Positions 1-11,054 of a DNA stretch of 64,000 nt are shown in pieces. The notes below the pieces were generated by a model. That model was not told where the DNA came from. It did no database searches and saw nothing but the letters and a program-made list of their open reading frames with translations. This DNA comes from Malacoraja senta (Eukaryota), in assembly GCA_038087875.1 (NCBI GenBank), contig CM075995.1:994001-1058000 (forward strand), read 5' to 3'. A program made the translations under genes and the position numbers. Numbering within the stretch: the first letter of the stretch is position 1; every line of letters starts with the position of its first letter.

Positions 1-487
1 CCCTATCGCGGGGCATGGACTTAACATCAGAGCTGATCCCTTGCCTGGGATTGCTCCCACCGCGGACTTTAACATCAAGAGCTCGCAGTCTCGGGAGAGG
101 CCGAGTCGGGAGCTCCAATGTCGCGGAAGGTTCGACCAGCCCCGACGCGAGGTTCGATCGTCCAGTGCGGAGGAGCTGATATCCCCCCGATGCGGGAGCT
201 GATCGCCTCGACATGGAGGGCCGGATCGCCACCGGCTACGGGAGTCAAGATCATCCCGTCAACGGGGGCTCGAGGCCCACGACCGAGGAAGAACTAAGGA
301 AAGGGACTTGAACTTTATTTCGCCTTCCATCACAGTGAGGAATGTGTAGGAGTCACTGTGGTGGATGTTCATGTTAAAATGTGTTTTTGAGTGATCTGTT
401 GCTTTTAATTGTATGACCTGGCCAATGAAATTCCTCGTATGTTGCAAAACATACTTGGCGAATAAAGTGTGATTCTGATTCTGATTC
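1..487 (+). mobile_element. 3' end of a non-LTR retroelement with GC-rich internal repeats and an (ATTCTG)n tail
   Basis: AATAAA followed by ATTCTG repeats at about 472-487. The motif GCCTTCCATCACAGTG recurs in reverse at about 27258 and 63007, so this is a dispersed family. Confidence 0.6.
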
Positions 488-741
488 GGAGAAGGTTGAG
501 AATCGTGGCTGTTCTCAAACCCTTATTTAATCCAACATGGAGAAAAGCCACCTCTACTTCCTCAGACGACCAGGTACATTTGGTATGTTTACAATGAGTC
601 TCACCAACTTCTACAGATGCACGGCAGAAACCGGTGCATGTATTGGGAATACCGCAAGAAATTGCAGAGTTGTTGATGTAGCCTAGTCCATCACACAAAC
701 TCATCATGAGCAGAGCCGTCTGGAGCGCGTGACGTCATTTG

Positions 742-996
742 AAGATAGACACAAAATGCAGGAGTAACTCAGCGCGACCGGCAGCATCTCTGGAGAGAAG
801 GAATGGATGATGTTTCGGGTCGAGACTTTTCTTCAGTCTGAAGAAGGGTCTCGACCCAAAATGTCACCCATTGATGTTTCGGGTCGAGACTCTTCTTCAG
901 TCTGAAGAAGGATCTCGACCCGAAATGTCACCCATTGCTTCTCTCCAGAGATACTGCCGGTCCCCCTGAGTTACTCCTGCATTTTGTGTCTATCTC
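742..996. repeat. Palindromic Penelope-type terminal repeat with four hammerhead-like cores
   Basis: Long inverted repeat (gatagacacaaaatgc...gcattttgtgtctatc) with a duplicated centre. CTGAAGA-stem-GAAA-(C/T)GTC-like motifs occur on both strands. Confidence 0.75.
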
Positions 997-1130
997 CAAT
1001 CGCCTTGGCCCCGCTCTGGGAGTATGAGTGGGGGCGGATCCGGATCCGCAACGGCCGTGAGCCCCAGGCCGAGCTCGGCGATCGCTTGCCTGCTTCTCCT
1101 GCTGTTGGAGGTGAGACGTTGCGCTACGCC

Positions 1131-1335
1131 AGGGTGTCCCACTTGGCCGTCATTTACGCGACAGGCCGGTGGTGCGCGAAGATTTCGTGCAGAACGAAAT
1201 CCTGGAGCGCTGCGCGATACCGAGCGCAACTCCACACTCCTCTACGCCGCTCCATGCGCCCGTCCCGCGCTACCCACATGCTACCAGGTCGCGTAAATGG
1301 TGCGCAGATGATGGCCAAGTGGGACTGGCCCTTAG
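1131..1335. mobile_element. Harbinger-like MITE fragment (CpG-rich)
   Basis: Inverted ends GTCCCACTTGGCCGTCAT / ATGATGGCCAAGTGGGAC; same TGTCCCACTT terminal motif as the MITEs at 20444 and 47659. Confidence 0.55.
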
Positions 1336-2189
1336 GTGACCCGTTTGTGGTTGCTTGAGAATACAAGAATAAAATTTAATGAAATGAAAGGCCCATGTAA
1401 AGTCTCATCTAGAAACCACCACAGGAAACATCACAGCTCTCTCACGGTATCACACATAATGCAGCCTAAATATTGTGTGGCTTAGATAACAATCATTTTC
1501 ATGCGAAGGCAGCAAATAACTCAGAAATTCCAGATTTATGCCCTGAGCAGCTGAAAGATAATGGGGAATTGTGCAGCATTGGTTGGAACTGGGAGGATTT
1601 GGGATTCTGATGGGGTTGAAGGACAGAAGATGGTCGCAGGGAGAAAGTAACCATGCTGCACCTCTAGGATGGGAATTATAAATGTTACCCAGATATACAG
1701 ATGCCCAACACAGTGTTATTTGCTGCCTACCTCAAATCATTAAAACCAAAGGGAGCTCTTCATATCTAACAATGACAATTTCTACTCACACAATAAGCAG
1801 TGCACAGATCCCAACAGTGTCACCTACACATTTGCACAACCAATATTTTCTAAAAGTTTTTTAGAAAGCTTTTGAAATCTTAAAATTAAGAGTCAACTTC
1901 AAATGTACAGAAGGCATATTTTTAAGATCATAAATTGAATTATATATAAATATTATATTGATTAAAAAATCTTACCAACATACTGGCTGTGTTTAAAAAA
2001 ATATTCTACATTAAATGATAAATATAAACATCGAAGGGCCTGTTTCCACACTGTATCACTCTATGGCTCAATGACTATCAATTCATGATTTAATCAATCA
2101 GGAAAATTACTTCATGTTAAGCAAGATGTTAAATCATTATTTGATATTTAACCATTAAAGTATCCAAATAAAAATAAGATTGAACTTAC

Positions 2190-2310
2190 GAACACATGTG
2201 AAGTTATCATCAGTTAAATAGTAATCATCCAAACATCTCCAGTCCAGGCAAAGAGAGAGAGGGGGCAAAGTAACGCTGAGGATCACTACAAGAAGAGATG
2301 AGACTGTCAT
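2190..2310 (-). CDS. EGF: Pro-epidermal growth factor, first coding exon (signal peptide and start of the mature N-terminus); gene continues beyond the window start
   Basis: Hand translation gives MTVSSLLVVILSVTLPPLSLCLDWRCLDDYYLTDDNFTCV plus 1 nt, then a GTAAGT donor (phase 1). Signal peptide plus W-x-C...N-x-T-C-V matches recalled human EGF exon 1 (WSCPEGTLAGNGNSTCV-G, phase 1). Start context AGATTATG as recalled for human. Downstream of LRIT3 in the same orientation, as at human 4q25. Confidence 0.88.
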
Positions 2311-2524
2311 AATCTCTGTCGTTCTTGCCTAGCTGTAAAGCACAGTTCACTGTCCTTTAAACATAATTTCAGGATAGAAGGATAAAGGACAATGTTAGTA
2401 AAAGGTTAACAAGGTCTGTAGCATTTTCTCACTATTCCTAGGTCCATTTTTCAAAAAATTGTGGCGCTCCAGATTTTTGTTAAATCCAGCTCTCTTGGAG
2501 GTTTCTATAGCTTTGTAGAAGTAA

Positions 2525-2558
2525 AGTATGAAATGCCTGACACCCTTGTGACAGATTT
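2525..2558 (-). promoter_or_regulatory. Conserved motif in the EGF 5' leader
   Basis: Minus strand AAATCTGTCACAAGGGTGTCAGGCATTTCATACT closely resembles recalled human EGF 5'UTR AAATTTGTCATAAGGGTGTCAGGTATTTCTTACT; contains two TGTCA/TGACA motifs. Confidence 0.65.
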
Positions 2559-2737
2559 GGCAAGTTTAAAAAGAATCCAGATCAGCTAGCAATTCAAAAG
2601 TTTCTTCCAAATATTAAGCCTATAGATAAGAGCAATAATAAATGCAATTCTGCCCATTACTCCTTTAGTGAAGCATTTTCTTTGCTGAATGAAATTGTCT
2701 TTCTTGTCTCTCTAGTCAAAGTGCTTGTTTGCTTGCA

Positions 2738-2743
2738 TTTATA
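2738..2743 (-). promoter_or_regulatory. Candidate TATA box of the EGF promoter
   Basis: TATAAA on the minus strand about 430 nt upstream of the EGF ATG, consistent with a long leader like that of mammalian EGF. Supported by position only. Confidence 0.4.
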
Positions 2744-3914
2744 AGGATTCCCCTCCTCCACTAACCCTCAGCAGCACGAGAATTTTATTCACTCCACCCC
2801 TTTCGCTTTTTTTTTTTATAAACCTCTCGACATGAACTTCATTCAAACGTACATGTGGGCTATCTAATGTAGTTGAGAAGTCAAGCAGCGAACATAGAGC
2901 TGGAGCTCATAGTTTTCTGTCTGTACAAGTCTGTAACAAGCGTGTTGAATGCGAATGTGAATACTTTTGGCTGCCTCATTCAGAAACTAGAGTAAATATC
3001 CAATCTTTAACAGCCACCCGAGTCAATGGTAGTTCATCACTGGTACAGTTTTAAAAAGGACCAAGTTTTGGTTTACTGCTTAAATGCAGATTAACCTCAT
3101 ATAAATTCCGTTAAACATAAACGCCGTTAAATTACACAGATTTTACCAATAGCCCCTGTACTCAAAACGTACTGAGTTAAGCAACTTGTTACTAACCTAT
3201 CGTCATACTAGTTACCTGGACAAGAAGCTGAAACAATGTTTGAACTTCAGCTGAACTTCACCATCTTAAACCTACAATCAGTTGTTTGGTATTGAATTTA
3301 ACAGATAAAAATCCACCGGCAACCTGCCATATTGGCATTGTTGCCAAGGAAACTGCTTTGATTTCAAGTCCACCATGCTGGACTCCACCAGTAAGATGGA
3401 GAGGTAACTACTTAGTCACAAAGGCAGCATCTGAACCACTGGCACTGCACAAGAGCGGCATTTTTGAATGTGGACAAAGTAAGTAGACGACACTTTTACA
3501 TTCTGCCTCTCAGAAAGACTGACCACGTTTATGAGGCATTACATAACTGAGTGCCAGATTTATAGGAACGCCATGAAGTCTATAACTCTAGATGTTCTGC
3601 AGAAGTTGAGAAAGCCTGGGTTAAGGATTTTGCTGACACCTTTATTTAAATTATTTCTAGAGGTACGCAAAATAAATCATGCTGTCATTTCACAATGCTG
3701 TTGAAAATATTTGGGTCCTTGGGCTACATGCTTGCTAGGAATTAAATTACATAGTGTGGTTTATACAGGGCTGGCACACAGGTTTAACCCAGGGTGGAAT
3801 GCAGTTGCAGCCACTTCCACATTGCCTCGTGCCAGCTCGGAAACTCAACCTGGCACTTCCAGTCGGGATATGTAGTTGTGTGACTCTCTTTAACAGTGTT
3901 GCTAAATAATGTTT

Positions 3915-4167
3915 TAATAGGGATCTGAGGGGTAACTTATTCACACAAAGGGTGGTGGGTGTATGGAACAAGCTGCCAGAGGAGGTAGCTAAGTCTGGGA
4001 CAATCCCAACGTTTAAGAAACAGTTAGACAGGTACATGGATAGGACAGGTTTGGAGGGATATGGACCAAACGCAGGCAGGTGGGACTACTGTAGCTGGGA
4101 CATGTTGGCCGGTGTGGACAAGTTGGGCCTAAGGGCTTGTTTCCATGCTGTATCACTCTATGACTAA
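3915..4167 (+). mobile_element. CR1/HER1 LINE 3' fragment
   Basis: C-terminal CR1 ORF2 signature (VGVWNKLPEEV...FKKQLDRYM...LEGYG) and HER1-type tail. Confidence 0.8.
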
Positions 4168-4715
4168 ATTAGACGGTGTTGGGCCAAGTAGCAATTATCA
4201 GTTGGTAGTCATGATAAAGGCAGTTCATCCTCGCATGGCAATGCTATTTCAAAGGGCATTCATTTGGGAATGGGACACCTCAGCTGTCTGCTGCAACCCT
4301 CCTTGAAGGCTGCTTTTTCCAGGTTAAAAGGTACTTCTGGCGACCACAGGCACTCATATTGAGCTCTACCTATAAATTGCTACTTGAAAAACACTTACTG
4401 GGGTTGCTTCTATGGTGATCCGACTGAAACATTTTTTGAATGGGATATTCAAGTTAAACTGCTCAGTTGTCATAGGCAAGGTCATGAGGGGATCTCTGAA
4501 GACTTTATATTGGTATTGGATTGGTATTGGTTTATTGTTATCATGTACCGAGCCAAAGTTTATGGAGACAGGTGCTCCTACTGAGCCAGGCCAAGTCAGG
4601 TCAAGTCAAGTTTATTGTACACAATGAAGACCTTGCACCACTGAGACAAGATGAGATTCTACTGTCCGCACCAGTCCAGGGACTCTGCAGGCAGCACACC
4701 AGCAGTCCTGAATAA

Positions 4716-7700
4716 TAGTAAGATTAAATGAGAACTTACCAGTTTGAAGTTTGATCTTTATTTTATGAGGAGTTACGTTGGTGATTACGTGAAGAAGACC
4801 CGTCAGGGCGCATGCGCGTCAATCTTCAAAGCAGCGGTGTGAAATCACAGATAACAGAATATTTGAAGTAACATAGTAAGATGAGCAACATGAGAACTAC
4901 CATATGACCTTTTATGAGAGAGAGGGTTGGGCGTGGTGGGCACGTAATCACCAACGTAACTCCTCATAAAATAAAGATCAAACTTCAAACTGGTAAGTTC
5001 TCGTTTAATCTTACTATTTTACTTCGGAGTCACTTTAGTCACAATTGAATATCATGCAGTAACAATTGATTTGAATAATCAAAACAAACAGTAACCCCTC
5101 TATCCCAGGCGAAACTAAACAGAACTTAATACTGAATCTGCAAACAGCCCCCCATCAGCAATCGGCCGATGGTAAAAAAAAATTGAAAAAACAATTCATT
5201 TGACCACCCGGCGCCTGTAAGAATATGATCGATGGGAAAATCCATCGCCCTGGCCGCCGACCTTGCTGCTGCACTAGTGGAATAAGATGTATACACGTCA
5301 GTGTTAATACCTGCCTGAATCAACACTTACTTTAACCATCTTGAGATAGTCTGCTCTGACACTCTCTTGTGTGGTTTCTTGTAACTGATAAACAATCCTG
5401 TTTCCACATTTCTTAAGGTCCTTGTAGCTTCAATATAATGTAATAAATGTGTCCTTATACATAAACATGGATCAGTAGGTTATGCTGAAAACACAATTTT
5501 AAAACCTGTGACACCTGGCCTGCTCTGTTTGAGCAGCTCGTAAATATATAACATAACATTCTCTTCAGCCACTTCCATCCTGTCTAGCTGAAGGTTTTGC
5601 AAAATCTGCACTTGCTATGCTGAACCAATGCCATGAGCATTACCACCTTCATGGTGAGTTTTGTCAATTCAGAGACGTGACAGGAACCCACTGTCACAGC
5701 ACCTTGAGGACCACACTTACATCCCAGATCGCCATATACCTGGGTTTAGGAGGTTTAGAGTTGAAATTCCTTTCATCAATCGAGCTATGATATGATGAAA
5801 ACCCAATAGGATCTTTTCCTGACCCCATCAAAACTATACGAGGACAAAGCACTTAAAGCTGTATTAATGGTGCTATAACTGAGCCCCTCATCATCGTAGA
5901 GTGTCGACAGGAACTCTAAAATATCCACAATACCTGCAGTACTATAGTCAATATTATTTTGTACACAATATTGCTCCCATTTTTTTACATAAGTAATATA
6001 CCGCTTTTGAGTACTCTTTCTCCAGGCTGCAGTGAGCATGTCCACCGTTCGCCCAGACAGTCCTCGTCCCAGGTATGGCCTTCTTAAAACCTGCAAATTA
6101 ACAAGTCAATACGATCACATAACAGATGACTTTCCCATGTTAGCGGATGCTCCAGTAAATTCCTATTCTTGGGAACCACCAAAGGAGGCTGGATCGCTAA
6201 CTGTAACATCAAAGGGAACCATGCTTGAGTCAGGCAATTAGGTATTACAAGCACCTCCGAAGCGGCATCCTGCTTGATTTTTTTTTTTTGCAGACTCCGA
6301 CCTATGAGGCAGAATGGTGGGAAAATATATAAAACATACCACCCCAATGTAGCGAGAAAGCATCAATTGCAACTGCCCCCTGGTCTGGTTCCCATGAAAC
6401 ATATTTAGGCAGCAGGTGGTTAAACCTCGCTGCAAAACAAATCGATATCTAGCATTCATATATAAATACTATATTATTGAACACCTCCTGGTTCAACATC
6501 CAATCTGTGTTGTCATGGAACTTTCGTGACCTGGCATCTGCTACTATGTTGAATCTACCTGGTAGATAAATAGCTGAAAACCAAATATATTTTTCAATGC
6601 ACCAGGCTCAAATTTGATTAGCCAATCTGTCACAAGATACCGACTTGATTCCACCGATGTGATTAATATATATGCCACTGCCGTAGTATTGTCAATCTGA
6701 AACTGAACGTGCAGGTTACCTTTGTTAGAGCAATAAGCCTTATCCATAAAAAGCACTTAATAGTTAATTCCCCATGTCTGCAGAAGCAATGCCTCTTGCT
6801 CAGTCCATCTGCCTCCACAGTTGAAACTCGTATCCGTGACACCCCACCCGAGTGCACTGACATTCATCTGCAAAATCATGGAAGGCTGGTCAAGCATTAC
6901 CTTGCTAGAACTCCTGGACACATGGTGAATCCACCATTGTAAATCAGAAATAGCCTCTGCTGATAACTGCATGGGTCTATTATAATGACCTGAATGTATC
7001 CTTAGTGCCTCCATTAGCTTGATACAGCTGTCAATTAGCTCTACCCTTTTTTCCCTGGGCAGAGTCACTTAATTGAATCAATTGTGACCCAAATAGTCAG
7101 GTGTTAATTTGGAATTCTCTGGATGAATAATGCCCAATCTTTGAAAATTGGATTTAACAACCACCACCGGTTACTTCAGCTGTTCTCTTGGATAGCCCTG
7201 TAATCAAGATATCATCGAGATAAGCCATGAGCACCTGACCCTGGCCTCTCAGCATGCCTATTATAGGTTTTAACAATTTTGTGCCATAGTTGATCCATCC
7301 AGGTGAATTTCAAATATCCTCTATCCTGCAAATGAACAGACATTGAGTAATGTGCATCTTTAAGCTCTATAGTCACCATATAGCATCCTCTTGACCCAGT
7401 TGCTTGGCAGTGACAATTCCATCTTACAATGTCTATACTGCATCCCCCATCCTTTGGCCTGGGAAAATATTAGACACAAATTGATGGGTTGGTGAACCGA
7501 CTTTCCAATTACACCTTTATCACATAAGCTTGCAAGCGCAGTCTGAACCTCCATCTGTTCTGTTAATGAAACTGAACAGTTCTCCCAGGAACATGCTGAA
7601 TGTGCAAATCACAATTTGGATTGAACTCCATTCGAAACCCTTGAATAACACTCAGTATAAACAGAGCTGAAGTAATTTGCTTCCATTCATCCCAGAACAG

Positions 7701-9291
7701 ATGTAATGTACCCCCAGATTTAAGTTGTGTCACATTTGATATGTGCACCTGAGAACCAGGCCCACCTACCTCCTTGGTACCTGGTGGATCACGTTGTCCC
7801 CGGCCCCTGGCGGGAAGCCCCACGTTTGACCGTGTTCCCGCTGCAGAACGCCACCTGCGCATCTGCATTGCCGGCCGACTTGTTCCTGGTCCAGACCAAT
7901 CTGTCCCTCGTTTGTAGGGGTACTTTCTTTTTTGGAAACTTGCCGACCGCCGGTGGCTTGATCAAGCCCACTGTCTTTGCCTCGTCATCCATCTCCTTGA
8001 CACGCTTGGCTAGGTTCTCCCCGAAGAGTAGGTTGGCCAGCTGTATGTTGCTGGGCTGGCAGAGTGCTGCAACCTTGGGATTAATGGTGGGCCGAATGGC
8101 ACTTTCCCTGAGACAATTTATCTCAAAATGGGCGCTACAAAGCAACCCTAGTACTTCTTGCTGCGTCTCTGACAGATGCCCTCCATCCTCCGTTCTAGCG
8201 AACGCCGTGATTCCTGAGCCAAGTAGTTTCAGGATTCTCTGCAGCTTCATCTCCTGGGCACTCCTGCACATGCCCATCTGGCTCCATATCACCCGGTTCA
8301 CTGCTGGCAACTTCAGCAACACGCAGTTTCCCGGGTCTCCTGTTTCTTGACGGTACCAGACTCTGACGGGACAGCGCATCGTGCTGCCAGAGGTCATACC
8401 TCTCACAACGGCCGTCTTTGCTAGGCTCGAACTCACCGTCAGAGTCGGGGTCAGAACTCAGCTGACCCTTTGCAGTCGCCTTTTCAATGAGGGTGTTATC
8501 GAACAGCCTCTATATCGTGGAGGCCAGCTCATCTCCCAGTGGCACTCCAGACTCTGACGGGACAGCGAATCGTGCTGCCAGAGATGGGACCTCTGACAAC
8601 GGCCGTCTTCGCTAAGTTCCAAGTCACCGTCAGAGTCGGGGTCAGAACTTAGCTGCCCCTCTGCACTCACCTCATCCATGAGGGTGCTTCAAGCAGCCCT
8701 CTACCAGGTGCTGCCCTCTACCAGGTCTCTTCTGCAGCCTGCCGCCCACACGACTCCTCCCCCCGGAGTGTGCGTTGCTGGAGCAACCTCTGTATGAGGT
8801 GCTCCATTTGGGAGAACCGTTTAAAAAACGGTCTCCAGCCCCGTCCAGGACTCGTCGCGGCCCAACTCAGTTGAGTCCGAGGGCCTCCCAGACTTCCCCG
8901 TGGCCTTACGCCCCACTGCCGTTGGCTTTGGTGCTTGTAGCACTAAGTCTGCAGTCGCCCCACTCCCGGTCGGTGACTGTGCAGGGGTACCAGGCAGCCG
9001 CTCACAGACCGCATTCCCGCGGCTCTCCTGCTTACCAGCGGCTCGCCTCCCCCTGGTCGTCTTCAACCATGGTGCCCTGTAGAAAACAAAGCACGGCACC
9101 ACAGCAAAACAACTTCTTACTCCAGCTAAGTTTTCCCACTTAGCTGGAGTTTAAAATTACTTTAAAAGTACTTACCACAGGAGGAGCTCTGTCCTCCTGC
9201 TGGTCCGTGCGCCAATGCGTCAGACGTAATGACGCGCATGCGCCCTGACAGGTCTTCTTCACGGAATCACTAAGGTGACTCCAAAGTAAAA
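4716..9291 (-). mobile_element. DIRS1-type tyrosine-recombinase retrotransposon, degenerate, both ends present (copy A)
   Basis: Fragments of gag-like, RT, RNase H (FQIDNTTAVAY), methyltransferase-like (YIFPPF) and YR (STSAA...HILTGAGW) domains. Right-end extension 4716-4790 is the reverse complement of an internal complementary region at about 4942-5040. Left end is at 9291. Confidence 0.92.
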
Positions 9292-11054
9292 TACATCATG
9301 GTCTGTTGCATCTGTGTATGGATATTTCCACAGACTCCAGATTACCAAGAAAATTAGCACAGAGATGTCTTACAGTTTGCAGGCAGACTTCCAAGGATAT
9401 CTGACCATAGAAGTCAAAATCGGAGTCACTTCCAATTTACCAGCTTCAGGTCATTCTGGGTGGTCACAGTTGATCTTTTCCCTACCTTATAGTTTACTGG
9501 ACATGCACATCAGAGAGGTGAAGGATCATAGAGTATAGATCTGTACAGCATGGAAATGGCCCCTGCAGCTAACCTTGTCCATGGTGACCAAGATGTCATT
9601 TGGGCCAGTCCCATTTACATGCATTTGACCCATGCCCCTCTAAACCCCATCCTATCCACATATCGGTCCAAATCACTTTTAAAAGTCGTAATTGTATCCA
9701 CTTCTGGAGGTTCCTCTGGCAACTCATTGCAGATGTGGACTACGCTCTGAGTGAAAGTTGCCCCTGAGGTTCTCTAAAATATCGCCCGTCTCACCTGAAG
9801 CTGCTGCCCACTGGTTTTATAATCCATTACCTTGGGTATTACATGGAGGCAGAAGAGATGAGTTTAATGGCATTATGTTTAGCACAAACATTGTGGGTTG
9901 AAGGGTCTGTTCCTGTGCTGAATGAGGGTAAAGATTAATAGGATAGAACATAGTGAATAGAACATAGTTAAATGAATAAGCATGTTTTGAAAAATATGAG
10001 ATTATGTACTTAGGTAAACATCAATAGAATAGAGCAAAGTACATAATCTCACATTTTCCACACATGCTCATTCATTAATTTGTCTACATTTCCCTGGCCC
10101 CCTGCATCTTCTTCATAGTCCACACTGTTACCTGGGTTTGTATCAGCAATAGATAGACACAAGGAGCTGAAGTAACCCAGCGGGACAGGCAGCGTCTCTG
10201 GAGAAAAAAAGGATGGGTTATGTTTTGGGTCAGGACTCTTCTTCAGAAACTTGGACAAATTACTCTTGAAGTCCCTCATTAAAACCTTTGATGTAGATTG
10301 TAAACAATTGGGGCCTCGTAACTGATTGTTGAGTGCCCACTGGTCACAGCCACGCAAATGTTTTCTGTTCATTAATCACTGTTCAGGCCACACAACCATT
10401 TTATCCCCATGTCCACTTATAAGAACAAATTCAGCAGCAACTGATGGCATTGTGAATGCAAGTCAACACAAATGGAGTAAAGCTGGACATACTATAATGT
10501 GCTGTTGATCTGCGGCATTGGTAACGAAGATTTGTTATTGCAAATTACTTCTGGAAGCCTTCTTCACATCATTTTCTTGAAAAAGAGATACTACAATAAA
10601 TTTGCTTTCATAATCATCCTTCGTAATCATGGAACAATCCTTCCAAAATATTACTTATTGGATCGAATTGTCACTTTCTTTTTGTGTCCCATTTATCTTC
10701 TTCATTAACTTTGCTGGCCTAACCAAAGTGGAATTAAACCAATGCAATACTGAAGCAAACATTTTAACCAGCTGGAGAATAAATATAATTAGAAGGAAAG
10801 GAACTTGATAAATGTACAGTATTGAACCTTCGGTCTCTGCCCTGTACGTGTCCTTTCCAGTTTGATTTGAGATATCTAGTGCTGCATCTCCTTTCTTCTC
10901 CTCTCTGACCAGCCACGGGCTTAGGTTTGCCCTCTTTAGCATTCATGAGATTTGTAACCTTCTGCAAGCAGATCTCCAGTCACACACATTTGATCAGTCT
11001 GTAGAAGGGTCTTGACCCGAAATGTCACCCATCCACTGCCTCTCCCTTATCCAT

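Noticed and set aside
984..1366. GC-rich overlapping ORFs or a CpG-island gene
   Set aside because: They lie within MITE or repeat sequence with inverted ends and have no recognisable protein motifs.
1976..1986. Possible micro-exon in EGF intron 1 (acAG|CCAGTATGTTG|GTAAG)
   Set aside because: An 11-nt or 7-nt exon would shift the frame; no supporting homology.
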